A DNA stretch of 64,000 nt from a virus, in IMG/VR virus record IMGVR_UViG_3300044811_000050. One strand, written 5' to 3'. This document shows, piece after piece, positions 62,799-64,000 of the stretch (the first letter of the stretch is position 1; each line of letters opens with the position of its first letter). Both the position numbers and the translations under genes were made by a program. The notes beneath the pieces are model-generated. The model saw only the letters and a list, made by a program, of their open reading frames with translations. It ran no database searches and was not told the origin of the DNA.

Positions 62799-63070
62799 GC
62801 GTGACGAACGAGCGGATCGAGGCCAAGCTGCGCTACTGGGCCGACACCTTCCGGGCTCGCCGCCATCACGAGCTGAGCGCGGCGGCCTGCATGGTCTGGG
62901 CGGTCGGTGAGATCGACCGGTTGCGCGCCGAGCTGATGCGTCGATCTGATCATAGGACTCGGTGGGGTGAGGACGGCGCGGCGACCGTGGGTTGCGACTG
63001 CACCCACGAGATCCGCCAGCACACCGCCCGGGGCTGTCGAGACTGCGAGTGCGTGGGTCGGCGGGTGTGA
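62795..63070 (+). CDS. Small Cys/His-rich protein
   Basis: CDCTH..H..CRDCEC. Confidence 0.55.
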   Translation: MSVTNERIEAKLRYWADTFRARRHHELSAAACMVWAVGEIDRLRAELMRRSDHRTRWGEDGAATVGCDCTHEIRQHTARGCRDCECVGRRV

Positions 63071-63333
63071 TGAATGCCAGGCACCGCCACCCACGCCGAG
63101 CCAGGTTCCACCCGTTCCGCATCCAGGCGGTGATCCTGTTCGGCTGGTTCCTCGGCACCACGCTGCGCAGCCTGGCGGTCATGTTGGGGGTGCCAGCGGG
63201 CTGGCAATGGACAGCCAGCCTGCTGGCTGTGCTGGTCACCCTCCTGGTGGTCTACTGCGCCTCGACGTGGTGGCTGGAGTACCCGCCCCCGGATCCGATA
63301 CCTGAGGACTCACCTCGGCCGGGTGGTAGCTGA
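63070..63333 (+). CDS. 2-TM membrane protein
   Basis: TGATG coupling; hydrophobic helices. Confidence 0.55.
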   Translation: MNARHRHPRRARFHPFRIQAVILFGWFLGTTLRSLAVMLGVPAGWQWTASLLAVLVTLLVVYCASTWWLEYPPPDPIPEDSPRPGGS

Positions 63334-63498
63334 CGGGGTCGGTGGCCCGATCTCGGGAGGTGGCTCGTTGCGTTCCCGCCGCCCCTTCGCCAATACCCGC
63401 TCCCGCACCTTCAGGTTGAGTTCTTCCACGCGCATCCCGACGGCAAAGCCGACCACGAATGGCGTACCGATTAGGGCAACCAGAACCGTCACGTCCAT
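63310..63498 (-). CDS. Small 1-TM protein on minus strand
   Basis: GAGGGTG RBS on minus strand; TM helix then basic region. Confidence 0.5.
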   Translation of the reverse strand: MDVTVLVALIGTPFVVGFAVGMRVEELNLKVRERVLAKGRRERNEPPPEIGPPTPSATTRPR

Positions 63499-64000
63499 GA
63501 CGATCACACCCTCTGTGACTTCTTCGGGGGACCGACGTATCCGCTGTCGTTCCGCCCGGGATACGTCGCCCCCGGCGCCGCGCGAGCCGATGATCGGCAC
63601 GTGTCCGGAGAGGAAGAGTAGCTGGTCAGCGGGGTCTTCAGCTAGAACGAGACGCGGCGGTCATGTAACCGTGACCACGCAATTTTCCGAACTGTCCTCA
63701 CCAGAACTCTGGGCAGGCTGACGGAAGCATGCGAGACTGGCAGGCAACGAACCACCACCTCCGAACCCGAGGAGACGGATGAGACCCATGACTACCCGAG
63801 ACAGCCTCCCGCCGAAACGCCTGCGGGACACGCCGCTGCCGGAGTGGACCCGCCGCGAGCGCGAGACGTACGAGCCCGAGGGCTACGTCTGGGACCGCGA
63901 CGGCCAGCGCTGGCTTCGAGAGGACTGAGCCATGCACGTCTTGCAGATCATCGGCCTGGTGCTGACCGGGGCGGCCGTGCTCGCCGTGGTGGTGGCCTAC

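Overview
This window is a 64 kb segment of a large, high-GC actinobacteriophage genome. Its organisation resembles Bxz1/cluster C-type actinobacterial myoviruses (inference); no integrase or structural operon lies in the window. Almost all genes are on the + strand. (1) 0.25-21 kb is a replication/recombination module: DinG helicase, 5'-3' exonuclease, DnaC, DnaB, primase, SSB, DnaE, RecA, resolvases and a Cas4-like nuclease. (2) 21-34 kb holds a sigma-region-4 protein, terminase, lysin, a GNAT-GNAT-Zn-nucleotidyltransferase fusion and a class F sortase with its probable substrate. (3) 35-39.8 kb is a 27-tRNA array covering all 20 amino acids, interrupted by two HNH genes and a cutinase, with several non-canonical tRNAs and tRNA-like spacer RNAs. 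(4) 40-64 kb is an accessory region of small genes, including Lsr2, HNHs and DUF2786/DUF6927/DUF6011-like proteins. The most notable signals are: a 42-bp promoter/operator repeat (CTGAC-N16-GTCAG-N10-TANNNT, at least 14 copies) paired with a CCGAACCGGAGG leader that defines gene cassettes; a ~150-nt structured RNA starting at one such promoter; circularly permuted, anticodon-less tRNA mimics between tRNAs; an 8/4-fold tRNA-Ser; and homing endonucleases that carry recoded replacements of their target gene or tRNA. All family assignments are from motif recognition by eye; no searches were run.
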